From an uncultured archaeon (GTDB taxonomy: Archaea; Aenigmatarchaeota; Aenigmatarchaeia; QMZP01; JACQNV01): a DNA stretch of 64,000 nt. The DNA lies in NCBI GenBank assembly GCA_964631205.1, contig CAZVWU010000006.1:4955-68954 (forward strand), in the 5' to 3' direction. The stretch's first letter is position 1; the number at the start of each line of letters is the position of its first letter. Shown in pieces: positions 10,056 to 19,960 of the stretch. The translations under genes were made by a program, and so were the position numbers. The notes below the pieces were generated by a model. It did no database searches. It saw only the letters and a program-made list of their open reading frames with translations, and had not been told where the DNA came from.

Positions 10056-10544
10056 CTACCTTTTTAATTTGATTATTTCAGCTCTCTCGAGGAATATTAC
10101 TCTGGAACTGCTCAAAAGCTTCCTGAAATTTTCAAATTTGGCTGGAAAATTTTTCTCCTCTGGAGTCCCTGTTTGCGAGTGGAGGCTTTTTGCCGCATTT
10201 GCAAGCGAGTCGAGATTTCCCAGCAATACAAGATCGGCTTTAATTATTTTACCCAAAAGCTGCTCATCTTCCGGAAACTTCCAGTAAGCAAGCGTTTCCA
10301 TTTCTTCCATTGCAAAATTGATGTCGTCGATTATTCTTTTTGTTTTTTCCTGCTGGCTGGCTTTTTGTTTTTTAGCCACATCCTCGAGCAATGCCTTCAT
10401 TTCCTTCAGCTTCGAAATCCATAATCTTCTGGCCTTTTCATCTGTTTGGTTGGCTTGGATGTCTGAGTATTTATAGGGGTAAATGAACCTTTTCATTATT
10501 GAAATCTCTTTCGAATATTCCGGTTCTATTTTTTCCCAGCCCAT
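10056..10544 (-). CDS. Hypothetical helical protein
   Basis: 162-aa ORF, operon-like spacing. Confidence 0.6.
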   Translation of the reverse strand: MGWEKIEPEYSKEISIMKRFIYPYKYSDIQANQTDEKARRLWISKLKEMKALLEDVAKKQKASQQEKTKRIIDDINFAMEEMETLAYWKFPEDEQLLGKIIKADLVLLGNLDSLANAAKSLHSQTGTPEEKNFPAKFENFRKLLSSSRVIFLERAEIIKLKR

Positions 10545-10548
10545 ATGA

Positions 10549-11142
10549 TTAATTTTCCTCCCCTTTTTCTTGGATTTCTTTTTTATCTGGCTTCATTTTC
10601 TTGTTCTTTTGGTATTCTTTTGTATTGCCTTTTTCAGCTTTATTTTCTTCAGGATCCAGGTTGATGGAAAAATTCAACAGTTCGATCCCCCATTCCTGGA
10701 GTGTTTTCTTGATTTCTTCTTTCAGGAAGGTTTCAATATCTTGATTTTTCTGGCTGCCTTCAAGGATTTTTGGAATTGCCTGTTCATATAATTCTGAATA
10801 AATTTCATCAACGGTAAGCAGGGCTTTGCCTGCCATGAGGGTTCTTGCGAGCTTTTCTGGAAGGTAGACTGCAAAACGTATTTCGATATTTGAACCATTC
10901 TCTGTTGGCAAATTTTCAATCCTTTTGGTGATAATTTTTTCTGCAGTGTCTACAAGAATTATTTCTGAGAAGTCTTTTATCGAATGTTTTCCAGCTTCCA
11001 GCTCCTCTTCAACCGAGCCTTTCCTGATCACAAGGGCAATTTCCTTTTCTTCAAGAAATATATTTTTATGCAGAACTCCAGGTATCTGGCTTGCATGTAT
11101 CCTCTGCGCCACTACTTCGTCTGGTTTTCCCCATTTTTTCAT
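10549..11142 (-). CDS. SPFH/band-7-like hypothetical protein
   Basis: EKEIALVIRKG..LEAGKH and LQEWGIELLNFSI resemble SPFH; start chosen from TATA spacing. Confidence 0.55.
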   Translation of the reverse strand: MKKWGKPDEVVAQRIHASQIPGVLHKNIFLEEKEIALVIRKGSVEEELEAGKHSIKDFSEIILVDTAEKIITKRIENLPTENGSNIEIRFAVYLPEKLARTLMAGKALLTVDEIYSELYEQAIPKILEGSQKNQDIETFLKEEIKKTLQEWGIELLNFSINLDPEENKAEKGNTKEYQKNKKMKPDKKEIQEKGEEN

Positions 11143-11183
11143 GCTTGTATTATGGTGTTTAGTTTTATATTTGGGGCCTTGAT

Positions 11184-11196
11184 ATAACAGTGTTAT
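11184..11196 (-). promoter_or_regulatory. Palindromic operator candidate ATAACACTGTTAT (copy 1)
   Basis: Identical 13-mer at 14384, 37758 and 46366; lies just upstream of a TATA-like box. Confidence 0.6.
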
Positions 11197-11241
11197 ATTC
11201 AAGAGCATCAATTTAAATAACTTGCAATATTTTATTTACAC

Positions 11242-12003
11242 ATGGTTTACTCTGCAATTGTTTCAGACTGGAACGGAACTTTATTTCAATATCCTGCAGA
11301 CGACGTGCAAAACAAAAAATTGGCTGTTGCTGCTTCAATTAATGATGTCCTGTATTTAAGATTAGGAAGCTTTTATAGGCTTCTCAAAACAAAAAAGAGG
11401 CTTCACCTGATGTTAGAAGAATATCGTGCAGGGAAAAGGCCTTTGCAGGATCTTTATGATGTTTTCAATAGGGAGGTTCTGGCTGGTAGGTCCCCTGAAT
11501 TTGTACATAGGGTTATCGATCAGTATGCGAGAGAGTCTGCAGATAAAGTAGATGGCAGGGTTCTCAGGCCAATTAGAAGTGAGAAATCAAGAGGGAAAAC
11601 TACTGCTATTCTGTCTGTCTCATACGACAGAAGCATACTTAAAATTTTAGAGCGAGCTGGCTTTTCAGACGTCTTCGGACCCGGAGATGTAGTAGCCAAC
11701 ACCCTTAAATTGGATGGCGATGGAAAAGTTGAAGGATTAACCCTCGGTATTTACGGGAAAAAACCTGAAATAATGGAAGCGGAGTTTTTTAGGGGAAGGG
11801 GTCTAAGGCCTGAAACAACAGTTTATCTGGACGATACTGCAGACGGTGAAGGTGTTGCTCAGATGTTGCCGGAAGGGAATTTTATTGTCCCGTTCCTTGC
11901 TTCTGAAACTTCTCCTGACTTTGCGCAGCGGATGGCTTCCAGACACGGGGCTTTTGTTCCTGCAAGCGAAGAGGATCTTGCCAGATATTTAAAATCCAGA
12001 TAA
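11242..12003 (+). CDS. HAD-superfamily hydrolase
   Basis: SDWNGT motif I, LS motif II, K, YLDDTADG motif IV. Confidence 0.7.
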   Translation: MVYSAIVSDWNGTLFQYPADDVQNKKLAVAASINDVLYLRLGSFYRLLKTKKRLHLMLEEYRAGKRPLQDLYDVFNREVLAGRSPEFVHRVIDQYARESADKVDGRVLRPIRSEKSRGKTTAILSVSYDRSILKILERAGFSDVFGPGDVVANTLKLDGDGKVEGLTLGIYGKKPEIMEAEFFRGRGLRPETTVYLDDTADGEGVAQMLPEGNFIVPFLASETSPDFAQRMASRHGAFVPASEEDLARYLKSR

Positions 12004-12121
12004 ATATGGGATTTTTAAAAAGGCTTGTATTTTTTCTCTTCATCGTTGTGGCTGGTTTTAATCCCAGAATTAAACAAATCCATGTTTATTTGTTAGAAGC
12101 AAGGTTTAAGAAATGCGATCC

Positions 12122-14215
12122 TTACACCATTATCTTCAGTTTTTTTGCAGCCAGACCCTGCAAAATCTTTGCGCCTATATCAGAGTTTTTGCGGACACTT
12201 ATCCTGCCTTCTTTTCCTACCATAGGTGATAAGAGGAATTCATCTCCGTAATATATATCAACTTGTTTACCTGTGAGGCTGGGTTCTACGAGCAAATTGA
12301 ACTTTCCTCCTGTTTCTTCGTAAACAAAGCTGACAGGTTTTTTGAAGGTTTTCTCTTTCGGCTCCACGTTTATATGGATTCCTCCCAGATGCCTTTCAAC
12401 AGCTTCTATGTTAGATCCCCCCTTCCCGATAAGAGGCGCTATTGAATCGTTTCTTACTCTTACGATAACTTCATTATCAGAGATTATTTCGACTTCTGGA
12501 TCTTTGTCATATTTCCTTAGCTCATATTTTATAACCTCTTGTGCAAGGGTTTTCACAGCAGAACTTTGCTGTTTTATTTCTCCTATAGGGATGACTACAT
12601 TCTCTTCGCCATAGCTGTAGATTTCGTATTCTGGTTTCTTTGTCTCGAAATCCCTTATCTCGACTACAGGCCTTGCAAGGTCAGCTTCTGTCATACCGTG
12701 AGGAACTTTGACTGTCAATGCGAGTTCGTACACCTGGACTATCTTCCCATCCTTGATGTAAATAACGACATCTATTACATGGGGTATTACGCCAAGCTCA
12801 ATCCTTCCAATAAATCTCTGTATTGCGTTGATGGGGTCTGTTGCATGCATGACTCCAATCATCCCTACTCCAGCCAACCTCATGTCCGAGAAGACGCGGA
12901 AATCTGTTGTTTTCCTAATTTCATCGAAGATTGTGTAATCTGGCCTGACTAACAAAAGTATCTCAGATGTTTTTTCCCAGCTGCCTTCCAAAGGAGCATA
13001 TTGCGTCACTTCTGCCCCAACTTGCAAGTCCCTTGGCTGTTCAAATGTTTTGACTATTTTATTTTTCTTCACAAGCATTTCTGCAACGCTGGCTGCGAAT
13101 GTGGACTTTCCTGAACCAGGGGGACCTGCTATAAGGACTCCTGCTGACTGGTCTGAAAGCATTTCCTCTAGTTTTTTGTGCAGTTTGTATTCTGAAAGGT
13201 CGACTTTTGCAATTGGCCTTACAGCTGTGACTTCCACGCCATCTGAAAATGGAGGCCGTGCAATAGAGATCCTAAACCTGCCTAGCTGGATTATCAAAGA
13301 ACCATAGCTGCTCATCTCGATAAACGCATCTTTTTCAGATCTTGCTTTCAAGGCTATCTGGTCTGTTATTGACCTCATCTCAAGTTCTGTCATCAGCTCT
13401 TCCCGCAATTTTACTAATTTCATTGAGCCTGGCTTCCCTTTTTTAGCAAAAGGGGCTACACCCTCTTTTAGATGGACAGATTGTGTGTCTTCTGTAAAGA
13501 AATCGTCTAGCTTGAGCTTCTGTTCCCTCAAAGGGACTGGAGTGTATTCAACTGAAATCCCTTCAACTTCTGCAATCAAAGCCTGCACATAATCAGAAGT
13601 CATTAAGATTGCTTTTTCCCTCGCAGCTGTATCCCTTATCAAGGCATCAATACGGCCTTTCTTTGCAAGCTGTATCTCCTCCATTGTAGGCCTTCTTCCT
13701 GTGAAAGAGATTGTGATCCCTTTGTCTTTTCCAAGTTCCCTTATCCTTTTTATTTCTTCTAGACCTTCGAAACCAATATCACGGCTCCTGCTTGCCTGAG
13801 CCTGGAGTTCATCAAGGACCATCACAGGTATGACTATTCTTGTATCCTTGAATTTCCCTTCCTTAATAAGCTTGGAAATTTTCCCCTGTATAAGAACAGA
13901 TGTGTCTGGCACAATTGTTTTTTTTGTTTGTTTTAGTTCCAGCCTGTCCTCTGGTTTTCCTGGCTGTTTTGTCTCATTTTTTTCCAGTTTTTTGTCCTCT
14001 GGTTTTTTCTCTTCAGTTTTATTTTCTTTTATTTCTGTTTTTTGTTCCTTTTTTTCTTCCTGTTTTTCGGTTATATTTTTCTTTGGGATCTCAACACTTT
14101 CTTTTTTTAAAAGAAAGGGCTGATTCTCTTCTGGAATTTTTATAGAGGTTTCAGAACCCTCTTTTTCTACAGGTTTTATAGAAGCTGTAGAGCCTTCATT
14201 TTCTATTTTTTTCAT
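12122..14215 (-). CDS. PIN-domain/PilT-like ATPase with KH domain (PINA-type)
   Basis: VPDTSVLI PIN start, GPPGSGKS, DEIR, GMIGVMHA, LIGKGG KH motif; K/E-rich N-terminal extension. Confidence 0.88.
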   Translation of the reverse strand: MKKIENEGSTASIKPVEKEGSETSIKIPEENQPFLLKKESVEIPKKNITEKQEEKKEQKTEIKENKTEEKKPEDKKLEKNETKQPGKPEDRLELKQTKKTIVPDTSVLIQGKISKLIKEGKFKDTRIVIPVMVLDELQAQASRSRDIGFEGLEEIKRIRELGKDKGITISFTGRRPTMEEIQLAKKGRIDALIRDTAAREKAILMTSDYVQALIAEVEGISVEYTPVPLREQKLKLDDFFTEDTQSVHLKEGVAPFAKKGKPGSMKLVKLREELMTELEMRSITDQIALKARSEKDAFIEMSSYGSLIIQLGRFRISIARPPFSDGVEVTAVRPIAKVDLSEYKLHKKLEEMLSDQSAGVLIAGPPGSGKSTFAASVAEMLVKKNKIVKTFEQPRDLQVGAEVTQYAPLEGSWEKTSEILLLVRPDYTIFDEIRKTTDFRVFSDMRLAGVGMIGVMHATDPINAIQRFIGRIELGVIPHVIDVVIYIKDGKIVQVYELALTVKVPHGMTEADLARPVVEIRDFETKKPEYEIYSYGEENVVIPIGEIKQQSSAVKTLAQEVIKYELRKYDKDPEVEIISDNEVIVRVRNDSIAPLIGKGGSNIEAVERHLGGIHINVEPKEKTFKKPVSFVYEETGGKFNLLVEPSLTGKQVDIYYGDEFLLSPMVGKEGRISVRKNSDIGAKILQGLAAKKLKIMV

Positions 14216-14383
14216 ATTAAATTACTCTCTTAATTCATCCGGCGCTCAAAAGCAGCCAGTGAGTTGATTTATTTTAAAATACTAGGTTAAATATCACAGA
14301 ATCAGACTGTTTGTCTGTGTTCCTTATTTGCCTGTATTCATCTAGATATAGTAATAACTAGTATATAAAGGTTGGCCTCATTA

Positions 14384-14396
14384 ATAACAGTGTTAT
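14384..14396 (-). promoter_or_regulatory. Palindromic operator candidate ATAACACTGTTAT (copy 2)
   Basis: 14 bp upstream of TTTATATA box on the minus strand. Confidence 0.6.
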
Positions 14397-14710
14397 TTTC
14401 TCTCTCTTGTTTCCCTCTCAACGCTATCCAGAAATGTATTCCTGCTTTCAGAAGTTGATTGCCTTAATGGGCTATAGAATGGCAAACCCCTCTTTCTGCA
14501 GAATTCCTTAAGCTCAGTATCGCTTGCAATCCCGTCACAATTGCCTTCCTCGTCAGCAATTTTCAAGGCTTTTCTGTAAATCTCTTCCCTTTCAGCCCTA
14601 TGGGCATTGGAATCGTAGCTGTAAAAAGCGCCCAAAAAAGCCAAATAGCCTGCTACCAGCCCTGTTATCACTTTTTCAGGCTGCCTTTCCTGCAATGAAT
14701 AGTTTGCCAT
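14393..14710 (-). CDS. Small membrane-anchored hypothetical protein, EF-hand-like motif
   Basis: N-terminal TM segment; DEEGNCDGIASDTE. Confidence 0.55.
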   Translation of the reverse strand: MANYSLQERQPEKVITGLVAGYLAFLGAFYSYDSNAHRAEREEIYRKALKIADEEGNCDGIASDTELKEFCRKRGLPFYSPLRQSTSESRNTFLDSVERETRERK

Positions 14711-14796
14711 CCATAGTATTGGAACAAGCCTTTATAAAGCTTTATATAGCATTACTACATAGTAACATTATGAGCCTCCAAGTATAACAGGGGATT

Positions 14797-16080
14797 ATGC
14801 AAGAGGCGAGGAAGAGTTTATTAGAGAACTGGATGAATTGGGAGTTTAATATGGAAATAGATAAAATCGGTGCATTAGCGGCTGAAAACAAGCAGCCTGA
14901 AAAAGAAGGGTGGGGCAGATATTTAGGCAGGAAGGCTTTAGATTACGGAGTTTCTGCAACAGCAGGGCTTGCAGCAGGATATGCAGCACTTGGATTAACT
15001 GATATTTCCAGATTTGATTTTAATGACCTTACATTTGAATTAGAACAGTATAAAGCTTCTGCAATGGTCGCCGCATCTTTGGCAGCTGGTTATGCGACTC
15101 ACAGGCTGTTGCCCAAGATTTTGAGGAAAACAAAAGAGTCTGCCAAAAGGGTAGCAGGCTATCTTTTTGAAGATGAAGTTCCATTAAAAACTAGAAAGCC
15201 AAGGGTAGGTTGCATTATAGGCCTGGCTGGATTGATTGGTTCATGTTCGTTGCCTTTCTTCGGGGCAAAAATGCCTTATATTGACCATGTGCCGTATGTG
15301 AAAAAAGCAGTTGACAAAATAGATGAGCCAAATCCTGTGAGGAAAAGGAACATCCATTTTTTCAGGTATTATATAAACCCTCTAGAAAGAATACCAATAC
15401 CCCCCGACGATTTCTCTAAATTTCAGGATTGGCATAGAGAGAACTATGGGCACACAGGCTTACCTATGGGATCAGACACTATAAGGGGAAATGTGGAACT
15501 TAAAATTAGGAAAAACTCCAGGACAGGGACGTGGGTACCTCGTAGCCTAGTCAATGCTAAACCAGTATATGAAGTATATAAAGCGACAGGAGATGAAGAC
15601 TCAAACCACAGTATCTTTGCAGGCTACTACTCTGGGCACTTTTTTATACTCTATGACAATCTAATGTGGAACCATCCTGACGTTGTTGATATTGACTATC
15701 CATCTATCGAAGCCCGTGAAAATTCTGGAACAGTTTTTTATCATATGCGTAAACTTAAAGGTGAGAGGGCAGTGGTAGACACTATTGGCCCTTTGTCTGC
15801 AGACAACTGGACTGCCTTAATAAAAATTATAGGGAAACCCGGATTGGCTTTTGGGGGACCTATTGATAATTTAATTTTGTCGATTCAGTATAAAAATCGG
15901 CAGCCTGAAAGATGTTCGGTGAAATACGAAGAAGTTGACGGTAAGACAACAATTTTATATCACACATATAGAGATAATCGTATAATGCGTTTAAGGAGAT
16001 TACAATCGGGGGAGGAAAAAGAAATAGATCTAGAGGGTAGGTTAAAAAAATTTATAGACGACGTGAATCAACAGAAATAA
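14797..16080 (+). CDS. Membrane-anchored hypothetical protein
   Basis: 427-aa ORF with several hydrophobic segments. Confidence 0.65.
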   Translation: MQEARKSLLENWMNWEFNMEIDKIGALAAENKQPEKEGWGRYLGRKALDYGVSATAGLAAGYAALGLTDISRFDFNDLTFELEQYKASAMVAASLAAGYATHRLLPKILRKTKESAKRVAGYLFEDEVPLKTRKPRVGCIIGLAGLIGSCSLPFFGAKMPYIDHVPYVKKAVDKIDEPNPVRKRNIHFFRYYINPLERIPIPPDDFSKFQDWHRENYGHTGLPMGSDTIRGNVELKIRKNSRTGTWVPRSLVNAKPVYEVYKATGDEDSNHSIFAGYYSGHFFILYDNLMWNHPDVVDIDYPSIEARENSGTVFYHMRKLKGERAVVDTIGPLSADNWTALIKIIGKPGLAFGGPIDNLILSIQYKNRQPERCSVKYEEVDGKTTILYHTYRDNRIMRLRRLQSGEEKEIDLEGRLKKFIDDVNQQK

Positions 16081-16147
16081 CTAAGATTATGAAACCTGAA
16101 GAATTGATTAAACTGTGCAAGGGAGCCCCCGAATTTCTGCTAAAAAC

Positions 16148-16224
16148 CAAATGAATCTGTATATTCTAATTTTAAGCTTCCAGAACAATTATGATTATAT
16201 AAACTACTCCACCCTTGTCCAACC
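16148..16224 (+). repeat. Degenerate duplicate of the lig promoter and 5' end (copy of 16735..16812)
   Basis: caaatga.tctg.at...aattttaa...aacaattat...aactactccacccttg.ccaa in both; ATG is ATA in this copy. Confidence 0.8.
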
Positions 16225-16273
16225 AAAGACTCAGTTTGCTGACCTATTTAAAGGGCAAATTCGTATGTTAATT

Positions 16274-16507
16274 ATGGTATCGCTGACAGCAGTGCTTCAT
16301 AAGGATGAAGATATGTATGTGGCAAGGTGCCCGGAAGTAGGCACAGCCAGCCAGGGCAAAACAGTGGATGAAGCTCTGTCAAACCTAAAAGAGGCAACTG
16401 AGCTATACCTAGAAGAATTTCCTCTCAAGGAGACCGATAAACCGATTCTTACTGTTTTTGAGATAACTGGATATGGCCAACCAACTAAAGAAGCAATCAG
16501 GGCATGA
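16274..16507 (+). CDS. hicB: HicB-family antitoxin (UPF0150)
   Basis: YVARCPEVGTASQGKTVDEALSNLKEATELYLE. Confidence 0.85.
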   Translation: MVSLTAVLHKDEDMYVARCPEVGTASQGKTVDEALSNLKEATELYLEEFPLKETDKPILTVFEITGYGQPTKEAIRA

Positions 16508-16706
16508 TGTCATTAAAATTCTTGCCAATAAATTTGGGTTCACTCCAAGAAAAACCAAAGGCAGCCATGTTGTACTGGTCAAATTTCTAAACAACGAAAA
16601 GATAGGAACAGTAGTTCCATTGCACAAAGAACTGAAATTTTCAATGCTAAAAGAAATTCTTAAACAGGCGAAGTTGACTGAAGATGAATTTGCCCAGCAC
16701 CAATAA
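16473..16706 (+). CDS. hicA: HicA-family toxin
   Basis: FGF...KGSHVVL...TVVPLHKEL..ILKQA. Confidence 0.85.
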   Translation: MANQLKKQSGHDVIKILANKFGFTPRKTKGSHVVLVKFLNNEKIGTVVPLHKELKFSMLKEILKQAKLTEDEFAQHQ

Positions 16707-16785
16707 ACTGGCAGATGGAATTTAATATAACAATCAAATGAGTCTGCATGCTTCAATTTTAAACTCCAAAACAATTATTTAGGAT

Positions 16786-18474
16786 ATGAACTACTCCACC
16801 CTTGCCCAAACCTATGAAAAGCTTGAGGAGACTTCCGGCAGGCTTGGCAAGGTTGATATTATTTCTGAGCTTCTAAAAGAGGCGGATACAGGGATCCTCC
16901 CGAAAGTTGCGCTTCTAATACAGGGGAGAATTTTCCCGTCTTGGGATGAGCGAGTTATTGGAATTGCAAGGCAGCTGGTCATAAAAATAATTGCGCAGAC
17001 AACTGGTTTTGGGGACAAGGAAATTGTAAGCAGGTTTAATAAAATTGGGGATCTGGGCTTGGTTGTGGAAGAATTAATTTCTGAAAAAAAACAAAAAACA
17101 TTTTTGAAAAAATCCTTGACGGTTGAGAAGGTTTTTGAAAACCTGCAGTCTGTTGCAGGGATAGAGGGAGCCGGCTCGCAGGATAGGAAGATTGGTTTGA
17201 TCTCAGAGCTTTTGAGTTCAGCTTCGCCTAAAGAAGCAAAATACATAATCAGGACTGTTCTTGAAGAGCTCAGGGTTGGGGTTGCAGAAGGTGTTTTGAG
17301 GGATTCTATTGGAAAGGCGTTTGATGTGGATCCAACCGATGTTGAAAATGCATGGTTTATACTTCCTGATTATGGTGAGATTGCAAAGATTGCGAAATTG
17401 AAAGGTGAAAAGGGGTTAAAAAACGTAGAGATAGAACTTGGAACACCAATAAATGTTTTACTTGCAGAAAAATCACCAACACTGGAAGAGGCCCTCAACA
17501 CTTTTGAAAATCTCGCTTTAGAATTCAAGTATGACGGGGCAAGGACAATAATACACAAAAAAGGGAATAAAATCTGGGTTTTCACAAGGCGGCTGGAAGA
17601 TGTCACGAAAGCGTTCCCTGATATTGTTGAGCTTGTGAAGAAAAATGTAAAAGCAGGGGATTGCATACTCGACTCTGAAACAATTGGGACCGAGCCAAAA
17701 ACAGGCAGGCCTGTCCCTTTTCAGGTTTTGTCAACACGGATAAAAAGGAAATATGACATTGAAAAGGCTGCAAAAGAAATCCCTCTTAAAGTTAATTTAT
17801 TTGACATAGTTTATTTAGAAGGAAAGAGTTTATTTGATTTGCCTTTGAAAGAAAGATATGATTTATTAAAAAAATCAATCAAGTTAACAGACAGGTTTAG
17901 GCTTGCTGACCGCTTGGAAACAAAAGACCTAAAGGAAGCTGAAAAATTCTACAAAAAATCATTGGATGCAGGCGAGGAAGGGTTGATTGTAAAAAACCTT
18001 GATGCAAAATACCAGCCTGGAAGAAGGGTCGGATATTGGCTAAAAGTCAAGCCAACTTTAGAAAACCTGGATTTGGCAATAATCGGCGGTGTTTGGGGAA
18101 CTGGTAAAAGAACTGGCTGGATAGGTTCGCTTATTCTAGGATGCTTAGATGAAAAAAATGAAAATCATCTAACATGTGGGATGTTAGGTACAGGCATAAA
18201 GGAGAAAAAGGAGGATGAAAGCGACCTTACATTTGAGGAATTGACAAAGTTGCTTAAACCATTAATACTTGGAGAAAAAGGCAACGAAATAAAGGTCAAG
18301 CCAAAAATAGTGATTGAAGTCGCGTATGAAGAGATACAAAAATCACCTACCTATGACAGCGGCTATGCATTGAGATTTCCCAGATTTATCAGATTACGTC
18401 CAGAAAAGAGGGCTGCAGATAATCTTGCTAGACTTAAAAAAATATACGAAATGCAGAAAGGGAGAGGCAAATAA
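16786..18474 (+). CDS. lig: ATP-dependent DNA ligase
   Basis: EFKYDGAR, EGLIVK, WLKVK, LRFPRF. Confidence 0.95.
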   Translation: MNYSTLAQTYEKLEETSGRLGKVDIISELLKEADTGILPKVALLIQGRIFPSWDERVIGIARQLVIKIIAQTTGFGDKEIVSRFNKIGDLGLVVEELISEKKQKTFLKKSLTVEKVFENLQSVAGIEGAGSQDRKIGLISELLSSASPKEAKYIIRTVLEELRVGVAEGVLRDSIGKAFDVDPTDVENAWFILPDYGEIAKIAKLKGEKGLKNVEIELGTPINVLLAEKSPTLEEALNTFENLALEFKYDGARTIIHKKGNKIWVFTRRLEDVTKAFPDIVELVKKNVKAGDCILDSETIGTEPKTGRPVPFQVLSTRIKRKYDIEKAAKEIPLKVNLFDIVYLEGKSLFDLPLKERYDLLKKSIKLTDRFRLADRLETKDLKEAEKFYKKSLDAGEEGLIVKNLDAKYQPGRRVGYWLKVKPTLENLDLAIIGGVWGTGKRTGWIGSLILGCLDEKNENHLTCGMLGTGIKEKKEDESDLTFEELTKLLKPLILGEKGNEIKVKPKIVIEVAYEEIQKSPTYDSGYALRFPRFIRLRPEKRAADNLARLKKIYEMQKGRGK

Positions 18475-18499
18475 ATACCCCTATTCACAACAACATACT

Positions 18500-19624
18500 A
18501 TGCCAGAAACAAAAGCAGATTTTAAAGTCACGCCTTGGGAAGTTGAAGGGGAGGTTGATTATGATAAACTTATACAACAATTTGGGATTGAAAAGTTTCC
18601 GTATCAAAAACTAAAAAATGCTCCAACTTTCATGAGGAGGGGGTTGGTTTTCGGGTCTAGGGACTTTGCGCCTATTCTGAATAAAATTTCTAAAAAAGAG
18701 CCATTTGTTGTCTTAACTGGTTTAATGCCTTCCGGAAAATTCCATATAGGGCATAAAATGGTCGCAGACCAACTTATTTATTATCAAAGCCTAGGTGCCC
18801 ACATTTACTTGCTAGTTGCTGATATTGAAGCTTACAACATGAGAAACAAGTCCTTAGAGGAACTTAGGGAAACAGCAATAGAAGAATATCTTATCAATTA
18901 TATTGCATTGGGGCTCAAGCCGAAAAACTGCGATTTTTATTTTCAAGGATCAAGATCGGATGACGCAAAAAAATCAAACGCTTATTATAGATTAGTTGGA
19001 TTGGTTTCAAGAAAAGTTACAGCAAATGAGTTTCAAGGAATATATGGGGATTTGATGCCTGGAAAAATAGTTTCAGTTTTTACTCAAATAGCCGATATTC
19101 TTCATCCACAGCTTCCAGAGTTTGGGGGGCCAAAACCGGTTCTAGTTCCAGTAGGCATAGATCAGCAACCACACATCAATCTAACAAGAGAAGTTGCGTC
19201 AAGGATGAAGGAATTTGGCTTCGTCCAGCCTAGCGCCACTTACCACAAGTTTATGGTTGGTTTGAAAGGTGATAAGATGAGCTCTTCTGATCCTTATTCA
19301 TATATAGCGTTAACCGATAGCCCGGAAGACGCCAAACATAAAATATTTAAATATGCTTTCTCAGGCGGCCAAGATAGTGTGGAAAAACACAGGAAGTTAG
19401 GCGGGAATCCTGAGGTAGATGTTGCATTCCAGATGCTCTACTACATGTTTGAGCCAGATGACAAAAAGATTGAAAAAATAAGGCAAGATTACAAATCGGG
19501 CAAGCTTTTGACAGGCGAATTAAAACAAATCTTGATAGAAAAACTTACAAAATTTTTGGAAGATCATCAGAAAAAAAGGAAGAAAGCTAAATCGCAGATA
19601 GACAAATTTTTGAATTTGGGTTGA
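18500..19624 (+). CDS. trpS: Tryptophan--tRNA ligase
   Basis: VTPWEV, PSGKFHIGH, GIDQQPH, KMSSS. Confidence 0.93.
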   Translation: MPETKADFKVTPWEVEGEVDYDKLIQQFGIEKFPYQKLKNAPTFMRRGLVFGSRDFAPILNKISKKEPFVVLTGLMPSGKFHIGHKMVADQLIYYQSLGAHIYLLVADIEAYNMRNKSLEELRETAIEEYLINYIALGLKPKNCDFYFQGSRSDDAKKSNAYYRLVGLVSRKVTANEFQGIYGDLMPGKIVSVFTQIADILHPQLPEFGGPKPVLVPVGIDQQPHINLTREVASRMKEFGFVQPSATYHKFMVGLKGDKMSSSDPYSYIALTDSPEDAKHKIFKYAFSGGQDSVEKHRKLGGNPEVDVAFQMLYYMFEPDDKKIEKIRQDYKSGKLLTGELKQILIEKLTKFLEDHQKKRKKAKSQIDKFLNLG

Positions 19625-19697
19625 GAGGTATCTGAAAGAAAGTTTTATTTCTTAAAGCAGCCTTGGACGCCAGTTCGCTATCCATATTAATCTTTAG

Positions 19698-19913
19698 TGC
19701 GGGAGATGGGATTCGAACCCACGAAGGCACTACTCACCCTTTTCCGTGAACGCTTTTGTGATTTATGCACGGCAAAAGGGTTCTAAGCCACAGGATAACT
19801 TATCATAGTCAGCTTTAGCCAACTCAAAACTTAAAATTTTGACCTTAAGTGTAGCAATTATTCAACAATAAGTCGAATACTACCTGCCCCTTTGGCCACT
19901 CGGGAACCCCCGC
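19698..19913 (-). tRNA. tRNA-Leu(TAA) with three introns: 30/31 (19851..19882), 37/38 (19797..19843), variable arm (19730..19782)
   Basis: Spliced product GCGGGGG...CAGGA CTTAAGA TCCTG TGGCTTAGTGCC...TTCGAAT...CTCCCGCA; each junction forms a BHB-like motif. Confidence 0.88.
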
Positions 19914-19960
19914 ATCTTGTATTATTATAAATACCTATTTATTATACTATTAGTGTTTTT

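Noticed and set aside
12006-12251. 81-aa plus-strand ORF with hydrophobic N-terminus
   Set aside because: More than half overlaps the PINA 3' end antisense; at most a fragment, cannot be supported
19730-19782. Leu(TAA) variable-arm intron as a full module A copy
   Set aside because: Has only the CCCTTTT/AAAAGGG stem and lacks the N8-CCCAAAAGAA part; at most a partial relative
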